A stretch of 64,000 bases of DNA from Escherichia phage ECP2301: sequence record OR880646.1. One strand, given 5' to 3'. Positions 1 through 8,622 of the stretch are shown piece by piece (within the stretch, counting starts at the first letter, position 1; each line of letters starts with the position of its first letter). Made by a program: the position numbers and the translations under genes. Under the pieces are notes generated by a model, which worked only from the letters and a program-made list of their open reading frames with translations, made no database searches and had not been told where the DNA came from.

Positions 1-148
1 TAACACAAGTATTTCGCCAGAATTAATATCAGTCATAACATCTAAAACACCTCCAATAATCAGTAGAATTACAAATGATATAAGTATTACAGGACCTATT
101 AATACATCAGTAGAAATTATCTGGCGCTTTAATTCATACTTTAAGGGT

Positions 149-763
149 TTACTTGGAAGATACATTGATGGCTTTGACATATTCTCTACATTCCTTAACA
201 AATTTTTCTAATAATAAATCGCTTTCAAAATTAGGATTTTCCACGAATTTATCAAAAAGATCATCAACAATAGTTAAGATATTCTTTTTACTAAGAATAC
301 GTTTATTTTCATATTTTGTTTCAGAATCAACTATAAGAGTAAAGAAATATTTCTTTCCCTGAAATTTTACCGTAGTATCAATATAGAACAAATTTGACTT
401 TTGTAAATTACGTTTAAACCATGCGTCACTTAAACTATAAACGCCAAGATAATCATAATCGTCATTTAAATAACAAACTGTCCATTCAGGAGAAATGAAA
501 TCAGTAAATTCAACATCAAAATCACATGTCAATGAATGAATTGATTCAATACTTTTAATGAGTATTCCAGGACGTATTAAAGACTTTTTACCTCTAGAAA
601 ATCTTCCAGAAAGACTTTCATCAGTTTCATATGAAGACCCCCAATAGTAATTACGTCCTTCTGCCATGCGTTTAAGAGCATTTAGTAATTGGTCTGGAAC
701 ATCAACCTGTCTTTGGAACTCTTCAAACATTGAATTGAAATCACTTTGCATTTTCATTTTCAT
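149..763 (-). CDS. hypothetical protein (204 aa)
   Basis: ORF with ATG at 763; no motif recognised; sits downstream of hairpin 785-798. Confidence 0.45.
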   Translation of the reverse strand: MKMKMQSDFNSMFEEFQRQVDVPDQLLNALKRMAEGRNYYWGSSYETDESLSGRFSRGKKSLIRPGILIKSIESIHSLTCDFDVEFTDFISPEWTVCYLNDDYDYLGVYSLSDAWFKRNLQKSNLFYIDTTVKFQGKKYFFTLIVDSETKYENKRILSKKNILTIVDDLFDKFVENPNFESDLLLEKFVKECREYVKAINVSSK

Positions 764-784
764 TCCTATTTACTCCAAGTAATA

Positions 785-798
785 GGGGCCGAAGCCCC
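785..798 (-). terminator. hairpin GGGGC-UUCG-GCCCC with U-rich tail
   Basis: Tetraloop hairpin immediately downstream of gene 805-1398. Confidence 0.5.
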
Positions 799-804
799 TT
801 ATCA

Positions 805-1398
805 TTATTTCAGGGAATTAATGTATTCCTGAACATCGGCAGAGGTAGTTTCAACCCCAGAAATATTACCGTTAAAGGTTTCAACTCGAGCAAGGGTATC
901 TTCAATATCAACCTTAGTCAGTGCTGCAATTTCAACTACATCATCGGCAGTACTAATTCCAAGGGCATTTGCCGCACGAGTTTCACGGATATATTCCAAT
1001 TTAACTGCAAGCTCTTGACGAGCATCATCTAACTCAACTACTTTCTTAGCGATTTCAATTCGCATTTCAGCATAACCGTCAGCCTTAGTAGTCAACTGCT
1101 CAGCCGTTCGACGATATAGTAAACCGAGTTTAGCATGCATTGTTACATCTTGACCTTCGGAAAGAAGTTTACGAATTTCACGCTCTTTTGATTCAGCCTG
1201 TCGATTCTTTTCGACAATAAGTTCACGAATACGTTTTTCTTCATTAATAGATTTAACAGAAGCAGTTTTTAGATCTTTAATTTTATCAAGTAGTTTTGCT
1301 GCAGCAGCAGTATACTGTTCTTCAACAGATAGATTTTTAGCCATAGCAGAACCAAGTTTAGTGCGAATAAACTCAACAATTTTCTTCAGTGTGTTCAT
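805..1398 (-). CDS. hypothetical coiled-coil protein (197 aa)
   Basis: ATG at 1398 with AAGGAAA ribosome-binding site; charged heptad-like K/E/R-rich sequence; early-type promoter upstream at 1426-1455. Confidence 0.5.
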   Translation of the reverse strand: MNTLKKIVEFIRTKLGSAMAKNLSVEEQYTAAAAKLLDKIKDLKTASVKSINEEKRIRELIVEKNRQAESKEREIRKLLSEGQDVTMHAKLGLLYRRTAEQLTTKADGYAEMRIEIAKKVVELDDARQELAVKLEYIRETRAANALGISTADDVVEIAALTKVDIEDTLARVETFNGNISGVETTSADVQEYINSLK

Positions 1399-1425
1399 AG
1401 TATTTCCTTAGGTTGATACAATTAG

Positions 1426-1455
1426 ATAATATCACGTTTTTAATAGATTGTAAAC
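1426..1455 (-). promoter_or_regulatory. T4 early-type sigma70 promoter (GTTTACA-N17-TATTAT)
   Basis: Revcomp of 1449-1455 is GTTTACA, 17-nt spacer, revcomp of 1426-1431 is TATTAT; upstream of gene 805-1398. Confidence 0.6.
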
Positions 1456-1791
1456 TTATTCTTCGTCTATCTCATCGATAAAGACGTCAATGGCCTCGAT
1501 AACGGCATCATTGATAGCCAATAAAGTAAAATCATCGTCAGTGCCTTTAGAAGATTCTAAAGCATTGATATATGCTTGGTTAGCAAGTTCCCAAGCCTTT
1601 TTAAAATAAGGAGCTTCATCATCAGGGCCAACGAAACGTACACCTTCAAAGATACGGTTAGCATAATCCAATACCCACTGTACAGGCATGTTTTGAGAGC
1701 GTTCGTTAAACTCTTTAAATTCCTTAGATTCAAAAAGCTCTTCGGGATAATAATTTCGATTACAAAAAGCTTTACTAAAGTTACGTTTCAT
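1456..1791 (-). CDS. hypothetical protein, acidic C-terminus (111 aa)
   Basis: ATG at 1791 preceded by GAGGAGA; early-type promoter at 1817-1846. Confidence 0.5.
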   Translation of the reverse strand: MKRNFSKAFCNRNYYPEELFESKEFKEFNERSQNMPVQWVLDYANRIFEGVRFVGPDDEAPYFKKAWELANQAYINALESSKGTDDDFTLLAINDAVIEAIDVFIDEIDEE

Positions 1792-1816
1792 AATGTTCTC
1801 CTCAAGTTACAGGCTC

Positions 1817-1846
1817 ATAATATCTCAATCATGAGCCTGTGTAAAC
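1817..1846 (-). promoter_or_regulatory. T4 early-type promoter (GTTTACA-N17-TATTAT)
   Basis: -35 at 1840-1846, -10 at 1817-1822, 17-nt spacer containing an 8-bp inverted repeat. Confidence 0.6.
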
Positions 1847-2110
1847 TTATTTCATATTATTGAAATATTCTTCTGCGATTTCGTCGTTATCGTGGTAAAC
1901 TTTAGAAGACAGTTTAACATAACCTTCAGCAGCGAACATGTTAATCACAACCTTTACAGTATACCACTGACCATCTTCATTACCCATTACTGCGTAAGTT
2001 TCAAACATCGGATGGTCAGGACCGATAACTTTAATATCATTCACTGTACGACCGAAATCTTCTGAAACACATTTCATAAAGAAGTTGAACAGTTCGCCGT
2101 AATTATCCAT
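1847..2110 (-). CDS. hypothetical protein (about 87 aa; track ORF trimmed to internal ATG)
   Basis: Track ORF begins with TTG at 2230, but an early-type promoter (-35 at 2177-2183, -10 at 2154-2159) lies inside that extension; first ATG at 2110 has a GGAGA ribosome-binding site. Confidence 0.4.
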   Translation of the reverse strand: MDNYGELFNFFMKCVSEDFGRTVNDIKVIGPDHPMFETYAVMGNEDGQWYTVKVVINMFAAEGYVKLSSKVYHDNDEIAEEYFNNMK

Positions 2111-2153
2111 TTCATTCTCCAAGTTGTTTTCTGTATCAGTAGTTGATAGTTGT

Positions 2154-2183
2154 ATAGTACCATGGAAGAACAGGGGTGTAAAC
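2154..2183 (-). promoter_or_regulatory. T4 early-type promoter (GTTTACA-N17-TACTAT)
   Basis: -35 at 2177-2183, -10 at 2154-2159. Confidence 0.6.
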
Positions 2184-2339
2184 CGTTTTGTGAAAAAATT
2201 TTTAGGGAATTCTGGGGCAGGGAGGGGCAATTAAAAGGTAGGATAATATATTATAAAGGGTATAAACTAAATGATGCCTAGAGAGGCCCAGAAAGGCCTA
2301 GATGCCAAAAAGCCCTATCATTTAGATAGGGATTTAAAA

Positions 2340-2903
2340 TTATTTATCTAGTTTAGTTATTATAGCTTCTGCAGCAGCTTTTAGCTTAGATGCGGTGTTA
2401 ATACGATTTTTAATTTCAGTATACGCATCGCCAAGAACATCAAGGCTATCAGAATAAACACTTACACTATTGCGTTCGCTATTTGAAATAGAACCTTTAG
2501 TTTTGCGGTCAAAATCGGTGTACACGTCTTGAAGATCGCGGGCTGCCTTCTTTGCATCATCCAATGCATCAAGAGCTTTATTCAAAGCATTAACGTATTT
2601 TTTAGTGTCGAACATATTCTTAGAAATTTTAACAGGTGCGCGTTCAGGAGTAGCTAACACAGATTTAGGAACCTGAGCGCCAGATGCCAATTTCTTAGAA
2701 ATTTTGAAAAATGCTTTATTGAATTTATTTTCTTGACTCATTGTAAAAGAACTATTATCGATGTTGTACATTTCAATAGCTTTAGCTTTCCACTTAAGAA
2801 AATCGCCGCGGTCTTTTGGGTCCAATTGGAAGAATACTTTAGTAAGATCTGCTTCAGATGGTAATTTTGCTGCTTCGGTTAAAAATTCGGCATAGGTTTT
2901 CAT
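2340..2903 (-). CDS. internal protein, IPIII-like, with N-terminal capsid targeting sequence (187 aa)
   Basis: N-terminus MKTYAEFLTEA matches the T4 internal-protein capsid-targeting sequence with an L-x-E prohead-protease site; length close to T4 IPIII. Confidence 0.6.
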   Translation of the reverse strand: MKTYAEFLTEAAKLPSEADLTKVFFQLDPKDRGDFLKWKAKAIEMYNIDNSSFTMSQENKFNKAFFKISKKLASGAQVPKSVLATPERAPVKISKNMFDTKKYVNALNKALDALDDAKKAARDLQDVYTDFDRKTKGSISNSERNSVSVYSDSLDVLGDAYTEIKNRINTASKLKAAAEAIITKLDK

Positions 2904-2983
2904 TTAAAATCCTTGAAATAATTTATCGGTTGGTTATTAATTATTTATTACTTTGTTACTATCCGTAGCAGCATTCTCTATGT

Positions 2984-3011
2984 GATTCAAACTAAAAAGC
3001 CCCGACCGAAA
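2984..3011 (-). terminator. intrinsic terminator hairpin plus U5 (downstream of 157-aa gene)
   Basis: Minus-strand RNA: GCCCCAACC-UUUC-GGUCGGGGC followed by UUUUU. Confidence 0.65.
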
Positions 3012-3028
3012 GGTTGGGGCTAAGAATG

Positions 3029-3502
3029 TTATTTGATTTGTTTAGCAGACCAAATGCGGTCTTTAATAATTTTTTGGATGTCTTCAACATACTCAAGAGA
3101 GTGAACATGTGGATTATCTTTGAAACTATAAGCACGGGCTAACTTTTGGCCTTCGGTTTTGATTACTAAAAGCTCTTTAAGGATAGCTTCATATTTAGCG
3201 ATAATTCCTTTAACGATATTTTTTTCTTGTGCCGCTTTAGGATCTGCTTTAGGAGCAGGTTTACCCGAAGGCTTTGCAAAAGCAGCGCCAGTAGCAACTA
3301 AACTTTTCCAGGCCATACTAACTGCATTTCCCGTAAATCCTTCTGCTTTCATGTCGCGAGCAAATTGGAATCGTGATTCGTCAGAAGCATCTTTATAAGA
3401 ATATTTACCCGCTGCAATGGCTGCTTTTGCGACAGCTTGAATTTCGGTGCTAGATGCTTCATTTAACACCGCTTCATTTAAAAATTGAGCATATGATTTC
3501 AT
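3029..3502 (-). CDS. internal-protein-like, capsid-targeted protein (157 aa)
   Basis: N-terminus MKSYAQFLNEA (capsid-targeting-like, L-x-E site); TATAAATA late promoter upstream at 3543-3550; flanked by mirrored terminator hairpins. Confidence 0.55.
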   Translation of the reverse strand: MKSYAQFLNEAVLNEASSTEIQAVAKAAIAAGKYSYKDASDESRFQFARDMKAEGFTGNAVSMAWKSLVATGAAFAKPSGKPAPKADPKAAQEKNIVKGIIAKYEAILKELLVIKTEGQKLARAYSFKDNPHVHSLEYVEDIQKIIKDRIWSAKQIK

Positions 3503-3542
3503 CTTATTTCCTGTTTTAATTCGTGGATTTAATATACTACTA

Positions 3543-3550
3543 TATTTATA
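3543..3550 (-). promoter_or_regulatory. T4 late promoter TATAAATA
   Basis: Revcomp of 3543-3550 is TATAAATA; about 40 nt upstream of the 157-aa capsid-targeted protein gene. Confidence 0.6.
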
Positions 3551-3553
3551 CTA

Positions 3554-3580
3554 AAAAGCCCCAACCTTTCGGTCGGGGCT
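3554..3580 (-). terminator. intrinsic terminator hairpin plus U5 (upstream of 157-aa gene; mirror of 2984-3011)
   Basis: Minus-strand RNA: GCCCCGACC-GAAA-GGUUGGGGC followed by UUUUU; same flanks as 2984-3011 with inverted core. Confidence 0.65.
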
Positions 3581-3585
3581 AAGCC

Positions 3586-3891
3586 TTGCGGCAACCTTGT
3601 CGGGGTTCCACCTGCTAAGGCAAGTGTTTGTACGAAACGCCGGGATTCGAACCCGGTTATTAAGCAGTTGACGCTACTCAATATTTTTAAAAGGCCATAT
3701 CTCGACCATATCCGAACGTTCCGTCAAAAACGCTACTCGGCTTACGGCAAAGATATTTCCTCGAATCGATAATTCGGTGCGCCGTTTCTGCTGTGATGTA
3801 AGAGGGAATCAACAAATCATAAAGATTTATTAACACAATTCCTTACCCAGGGAACATCAGTCCGACGACTTACCGGTAGCGACCCGGTTTC
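3586..3891 (-). ncRNA. candidate stable RNA(s) with tRNA-like T-arm and acceptor stem (compare T4 rnaC/rnaD)
   Basis: ORF-free about 300 nt next to the tRNA cluster; perfect T-arm CCGGG-TTCGAAT-CCCGG (revcomp of 3640-3656) followed by CGTTTCG, with partner AGAAACG near 3785; no canonical anticodon arm. Confidence 0.3.
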
Positions 3892-4242
3892 TTAATATTC
3901 TTTTAAAGCATCAATCTGTTCACGACGTTTACGCCATAAATCAATTACTTCATACGCAGATTCAGCATTTCGAATTGGACGGCATTTATATAAAGACTTG
4001 TGATTTTGATATTGCGTAGATAATGGAATTTTATCTAAAAGGTCTTTACGTTCAAAGTATTCGTAACCATCTAAGCCAAATGAACGATTTTTGAGAAATT
4101 GCCAATGACCATATTCGTTTTCGACATAAACATAATCTGCGTGCTGATAAAGCAAATTAATTACACGTTCAGAAATAACAGTGTCATTATGATTAAAATA
4201 GAATGTTAAATCATGAACTACTAAATAAACATTACCTTTCAT
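3892..4242 (-). CDS. hypothetical protein (116 aa)
   Basis: ATG at 4242 with GAGGA ribosome-binding site; lies between tRNA-Arg and the stable-RNA candidate. Confidence 0.45.
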   Translation of the reverse strand: MKGNVYLVVHDLTFYFNHNDTVISERVINLLYQHADYVYVENEYGHWQFLKNRSFGLDGYEYFERKDLLDKIPLSTQYQNHKSLYKCRPIRNAESAYEVIDLWRKRREQIDALKEY

Positions 4243-4258
4243 ATTTTCCTCACTTAAT

Positions 4259-4334
4259 TGGTCGAGGCAGTAGGGATCGAACCTACGACCTAGGACTTAG
4301 AAGGTCCTTGCTCTTCCTTCTGAGCTATGCCCCG
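4259..4334 (-). tRNA. tRNA-Arg (anticodon TCT)
   Basis: Manual fold: acceptor CGGGGCA/TGCCTCG, T-arm GTAGG-TTCGATC-CCTAC, anticodon loop TTCTAAG, CCA encoded. Confidence 0.75.
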
Positions 4335-4338
4335 TAAT

Positions 4339-4414
4339 TGGGGTGACCGATGGGAGTCGAACCCATGACTACGAGAATCACAATCTCGAGTTCTACCAAC
4401 TGAACTACGGCCAC
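4339..4414 (-). tRNA. tRNA-His (anticodon GTG)
   Basis: Manual fold: acceptor GTGGCCG/CGGTCAC, D-arm GTTC/GAAC, anticodon stem CGAGA/TCTCG with loop TTGTGAT, T-arm ATGGG-TTCGACT-CCCAT, CCA encoded. Confidence 0.65.
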
Positions 4415-4528
4415 ATTAATACCTACTCCAACAATCAAGATGTCTTCACACGAAATTAAGAGAAGAGTGATCAGTTCAACCCCTATAATCGCGTCAAGTA
4501 GATATTAATGTGACAGTTGTCACAAATT

Positions 4529-4603
4529 TGGCGGACGTGATAGGATTCGAACCTATAACCAATCGCTTAACAGGCGATCGCTCTGCCATTGAGCTACACA
4601 TCC
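4529..4603 (-). tRNA. tRNA-Asn (anticodon GTT)
   Basis: Manual fold: acceptor GGATGTG/CACGTCC, anticodon stem ATCGC/GCGAT with loop CTGTTAA, T-arm ATAGG-TTCGAAT-CCTAT, CCA encoded. Confidence 0.65.
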
Positions 4604-4607
4604 AAAT

Positions 4608-4694
4608 TGGTGGGGAGTGGTGGAGTCGAACCACCCGAGTCGCAATGACAATGGATTTACAGTCCACACCGCTACCTATACGGGATAACTCCCC
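4608..4694 (-). tRNA. tRNA-Tyr (anticodon GTA), long variable arm
   Basis: Manual fold: acceptor GGGGAGT/ACTCCCC perfect, anticodon loop CTGTAAA, long variable arm, T-arm GGTGG-TTCGACT-CCACC, CCA encoded; D-arm imperfect. Confidence 0.6.
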
Positions 4695-4703
4695 AAATTA
4701 ATT

Positions 4704-4778
4704 TGGTGGCCCTGGGTGGAATTGAACCACCATCTGGCGATTATGAGTCGCTTGCTTGAACCTTCCAGCTACAGGGCC
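4704..4778 (-). tRNA. tRNA with CAT anticodon (Met, or Ile if C34 is modified to lysidine as in the T4 tRNA-Ile position)
   Basis: Manual fold: acceptor GGCCCTG/CAGGGCC, anticodon loop CTCATAA, T-arm GGTGG-TTCAATT-CCACC, CCA encoded; same position as tRNA-Ile in the T4 cluster. Confidence 0.65.
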
Positions 4779-4779
4779 T

Positions 4780-4855
4780 TGGTGCTGATTGACGGAATTG
4801 AACCGCCGACCTTCTCATTACAAGTGAGTTGCTCTACCTACTGAGCTAAATCAGC
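4780..4855 (-). tRNA. tRNA-Thr (anticodon TGT)
   Basis: Manual fold: acceptor GCTGATT/AATCAGC, D-arm GCTC/GAGC, anticodon loop CTTGTAA, T-loop TTCAATT, CCA encoded. Confidence 0.75.
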
Positions 4856-4860
4856 AAAAC

Positions 4861-4950
4861 TGGCGGAGGCGATAGGATTTGAACCTATGAGTCGCCGGAG
4901 CGACTGCCGGTTTTCAAGACCGGTGCATTAAACCACTCTGCCACGCCTCC
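4861..4950 (-). tRNA. tRNA-Ser (anticodon TGA), long variable arm
   Basis: Manual fold: acceptor GGAGGCG/CGCCTCC, anticodon stem CCGGT/ACCGG with loop CTTGAAA, long variable arm, T-arm ATAGG-TTCAAAT-CCTAT. Confidence 0.75.
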
Positions 4951-4952
4951 AG

Positions 4953-5026
4953 TCTCCATACAAGGATTTGAACCTTGGACCTCCTGATCCCAAATCAGGC
5001 GCTCTACCAAACTGAGCTACACGGAG
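4953..5026 (-). tRNA. tRNA-Pro (anticodon TGG), CCA not encoded
   Basis: Manual fold: D-arm GCTC/GAGC, anticodon stem CCTGA/TCAGG with loop TTTGGGA, T-arm CAAGG-TTCAAAT-CCTTG; 3-prime end abuts tRNA-Ser. Confidence 0.7.
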
Positions 5027-5036
5027 TAAATTAAAT

Positions 5037-5110
<74 letters not shown>

Positions 5111-5115
5111 AAATT

Positions 5116-5202
5116 TGGTGCGAGAAGTGGGACTCGAACCCACAAGGAAATCATTCCGCAGCATTTTAAGTGCTGTGCCTTTACCAATTTGGCCATTCTC
5201 GC
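5116..5202 (-). tRNA. tRNA-Leu (anticodon TAA), long variable arm
   Basis: Manual fold: acceptor GCGAGAA/TTCTCGC, anticodon stem CAGCA/TGCTG with loop CTTAAAA, long variable arm, T-arm GTGGG-TTCGAGT-CCCAC, CCA encoded. Confidence 0.75.
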
Positions 5203-5203
5203 G

Positions 5204-5276
5204 CTGGGAATAAAGGACTCGAACCTTTGCATCCTGGAATCAAAATCCAGTGCCTTACCAACTTGGCTAATTCCCA
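5204..5276 (-). tRNA. tRNA-Gln (anticodon TTG), CCA not encoded
   Basis: Manual fold: acceptor TGGGAAT/ATTCCCA, anticodon stem CTGGA/TCCAG with loop TTTTGAT, T-arm AAAGG-TTCGAGT-CCTTT. Confidence 0.75.
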
Positions 5277-5373
5277 ATTATTAACAAAGGCTCTTAAGCA
5301 AGAACCCTTGATGATAGAGGGTATTAATCAGTGCGATATGAGTTAATAATAACAAATAATTCTTAAAGCATAT

Positions 5374-5661
5374 TTACCATTTATGATAATACATATTTAC
5401 GATGCATTCAAGACCCAAAGGATTCTTGAAAATATCATATTCAAGAGGACCTTTTTCTGTTTCAATAAAGAAATCAAAATTTACTGTATTAAATTTACGG
5501 TCTTCCTTTACTAATTTAACTTGAGAAGATGAACGGTCAATGTAAACCTTTTCAACTTCAAAACATGTTAAAATGCCATAATCATCAATCAAGGCTTTAG
5601 CTGCTTCTTGATCATATTTATATCCATTTTCAATGGATGATACTTTCGCATAAAGAATCAT
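5374..5661 (-). CDS. hypothetical protein (about 95 aa)
   Basis: Track ORF starts with TTG; first ATG at 5661 overlaps the upstream stop (ATGATTATGA-type coupling). Confidence 0.45.
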   Translation of the reverse strand: MILYAKVSSIENGYKYDQEAAKALIDDYGILTCFEVEKVYIDRSSSQVKLVKEDRKFNTVNFDFFIETEKGPLEYDIFKNPLGLECIVNMYYHKW

Positions 5662-5663
5662 TA

Positions 5664-6044
5664 TCAACCTTCATCAACAATAGTATGCGTATTGGCATTT
5701 ACAATTTGCCACCAATCAAAGCGATTAGAACCATAATCTGGTTTGTTTTCATTTTCTTTGATAATGTCACGGAGTTCATCTTCAGTGGCGGCTTTCGCGA
5801 TTAAATCAGCATATCCACCACGAGGATAATAATTATCACCTGCAAAAAGTAAAAAGTTTGGTTTAATGTTATTGAACTCTTCAAGAGTAATAACTTTTCC
5901 TGACGGTTGAACAATCTCTACATATTTATATCCCAATTTTTGAGCAGCATCTACTGCTTCAAGCAAAGTATCATGAGCCCATCCAATTTGACAACCTGGC
6001 TTTTCAGATGGATTAGCCTGATAATCCGCATACACTTTGTACAT
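5664..6044 (-). CDS. hypothetical protein (about 126 aa)
   Basis: Track ORF starts with TTG at 6083; ATG at 6044 preceded by AAGGTGA ribosome-binding site. Confidence 0.45.
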   Translation of the reverse strand: MYKVYADYQANPSEKPGCQIGWAHDTLLEAVDAAQKLGYKYVEIVQPSGKVITLEEFNNIKPNFLLFAGDNYYPRGGYADLIAKAATEDELRDIIKENENKPDYGSNRFDWWQIVNANTHTIVDEG

Positions 6045-6045
6045 T

Positions 6046-6231
6046 CTATTCACCTTTAGAAATTTTATCCATAACGATAGCAATTAAACCAATTAAAAAT
6101 GCTACTACAAGTGAAAAAACATTTTCTGCTGTAGTCAATAATCCACATATAAATCCAACAAACATTGAAAAACTAAAAGCAGAAGCAGAAATTGCAATAG
6201 CAACATTTCGAATTAATTCACAACGTTTCAT
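6046..6231 (-). CDS. small hydrophobic (membrane) protein, 61 aa
   Basis: ATG at 6231 with AGGAGA ribosome-binding site; two hydrophobic stretches; early-type promoter at 6260-6289. Confidence 0.5.
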   Translation of the reverse strand: MKRCELIRNVAIAISASAFSFSMFVGFICGLLTTAENVFSLVVAFLIGLIAIVMDKISKGE

Positions 6232-6259
6232 TTTATTCTCCTCAGTAGTTGATAGGGTA

Positions 6260-6289
6260 ATAGTATCACAACTAAAACCCTATGTAAAC
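6260..6289 (-). promoter_or_regulatory. T4 early-type promoter (GTTTACA-N17-TACTAT)
   Basis: -35 at 6283-6289, -10 at 6260-6265; shares a 30-nt identical block with the promoter at 6590-6619. Confidence 0.65.
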
Positions 6290-6301
6290 AACTTTGTGAA
6301 A

Positions 6302-6559
6302 TTATTTTAAATCTTCTAATCGTTTCTTCATCTTAGAACCGTTCTTAGCGATTTCGCCTGCATCTGAGCATAATGCTAAAAGTGCTTTAACTTTAGTTTG
6401 GTCTCCTTTAAAAGATGAAGGATCGACTGCAGCAGCAAGTTCTTTAATACGAGAGAAAAGACGCTCAGCTTCAGCTAAAGCCATTCCAAGCTTTACTTCC
6501 ATACCGTGGGAAGATTCAGTGATAGTAGTTTTTGTAGCAAACTCTTTGAAAGTTTTCAT
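6302..6559 (-). CDS. small protein with internal-protein-like N-terminus (85 aa)
   Basis: N-terminus MKTFKEFATKTTITE resembles a capsid-targeting sequence with an I-x-E site; ATG at 6559 with AGGAAA; driven by early-type promoter 6590-6619. Confidence 0.5.
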   Translation of the reverse strand: MKTFKEFATKTTITESSHGMEVKLGMALAEAERLFSRIKELAAAVDPSSFKGDQTKVKALLALCSDAGEIAKNGSKMKKRLEDLK

Positions 6560-6589
6560 TTTATTTTCCTAATTAATTTTGATGAGATA

Positions 6590-6619
6590 ATAGTATCACT
6601 ACCTCATCAGCATGTAAAC
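6590..6619 (-). promoter_or_regulatory. T4 early-type promoter (GTTTACA-N17-TACTAT)
   Basis: -35 at 6613-6619, -10 at 6590-6595. Confidence 0.65.
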
Positions 6620-6631
6620 AACTTTGTGAAA

Positions 6632-7328
<697 letters not shown>

Positions 7329-7329
<1 letters not shown>

Positions 7330-8042
7330 TATAGTACCTTTAGTGTATTTTTAATTTTAGAAAAAAGTTCTTCAAGAGAACCATCGTTTGTAATTACTAA
7401 ATCGCCATCACGAATTGGCAATCCAGCTTCTGTAATATGTGTATCATTGGATTTTTGACCAGGACGAACTACATGAATTACTGTAGCACCCATCGCCCTA
7501 GCCGCATCCATTTCATGATCTTGACGAGTATCAGGAACGATATAATAATCATAACCTGAGTTAAATTTATCAAGATAATCTAAAGCAAATAATTTTACCC
7601 AATACATGCGGTCGAAGTTATTAACAATCAAATCCGTACCTAGGGCTTGCATCAGACGACGGACTGACCATTGATCTTCAATATTATTTATAACGTCAGC
7701 AATCTTATTAAATGCTACGAAATTAACTGCGTCATCAAAAACAAATACGCCTTTAATTGGGCTTTTACTATTAAGATAGCAAAATGCTTGTTCCATAATC
7801 GTAATTACTTCTAATTTAGTCAGATTTAAATTAGTCTCACGATCATAGTCAATTCCTTCAAACTCTTTACGAGTTAAGCAAGGATAGTCAGTGTTTGCTG
7901 CAAATACACCCCATGCATAAGCCAATGCATCCTTAATAGGACCAGCAAGTTGATATTTAACTGCAGAATAATTATTCATGATAAAATCTGCAGTAGTATC
8001 TTTTCCACTACGCTTTACACCACTTAAAAAGATTAGTTTCAT
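7329..8042 (-). CDS. 1: deoxynucleoside monophosphate kinase (gp1)
   Basis: P-loop GVKRSGKDT near N-terminus; 237 aa; 57A-1-3-2-4 synteny. Confidence 0.85.
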
Positions 8043-8091
8043 ATGTTTCTCCTCAAATTTAGTTAAGATTATAACACATGAAACTGAAGCA

Positions 8092-8622
8092 TTAAACTTC
8101 TGCTATAATTTTGCCATCTTTTTCTACTTGAAAATACGTATAAGGAATCGTTGCTGTGCATACTAAAGCTGGGTCTGAATCTTCCGTGTAGCTAAATTCT
8201 ACTTCAGACAGGTCAGAAACCCAGGGCTTATAAAAATTTATTGACATCACGATTTCAGTTTTACTATTATCTAAAATGTAAAGCGTAATGTATTCAGGAC
8301 CTGTTTTTTGGGCAGTATTTTCGCCTGTAAGATAGTTACTAGTTCCTAGCATCCATTCATACATTCCTATCCATGACTTAAGCTCTTCATCAACTATAAA
8401 TCTCACGATGAGTGGATCATACTCAAATGTAACTCCTGGACGCTGTGCTCGGCCTAGTCCAAACGGTCCAGTCACGGTATCAGTAACAGGTATCCTAATT
8501 CCTGGAATAGGAACTGACTGAGCATTTAAAGTAAAAGCAGATGTAGTATTACTATGTGGTATTGATACTACAAAGTTAGTTGTATTTGCTTGGTTAAAAA
8601 TTTGTTGTAGTGCTTGCGACAT
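8092..8622 (-). CDS. 3: gp3, tail completion / tube terminator protein
   Basis: Synteny between genes 1 and 2; ATG at 8622 gives 176 aa, the T4 gp3 length (track ORF is extended upstream). Confidence 0.75.
   Translation of the reverse strand: MSQALQQIFNQANTTNFVVSIPHSNTTSAFTLNAQSVPIPGIRIPVTDTVTGPFGLGRAQRPGVTFEYDPLIVRFIVDEELKSWIGMYEWMLGTSNYLTGENTAQKTGPEYITLYILDNSKTEIVMSINFYKPWVSDLSEVEFSYTEDSDPALVCTATIPYTYFQVEKDGKIIAEV

Noticed and set aside
3633-3656. A twelfth canonical tRNA at the T-arm motif
   Set aside because: No anticodon or D arm could be folded within tRNA distance; kept only as a tRNA-like element of a candidate stable RNA.
5277-5301. MotA-box-like TTGCTTAAG upstream of tRNA-Gln as a middle promoter
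   Set aside because: The only -10 candidate at correct spacing overlaps the 5-prime end of the tRNA, so the start site would fall inside the tRNA.
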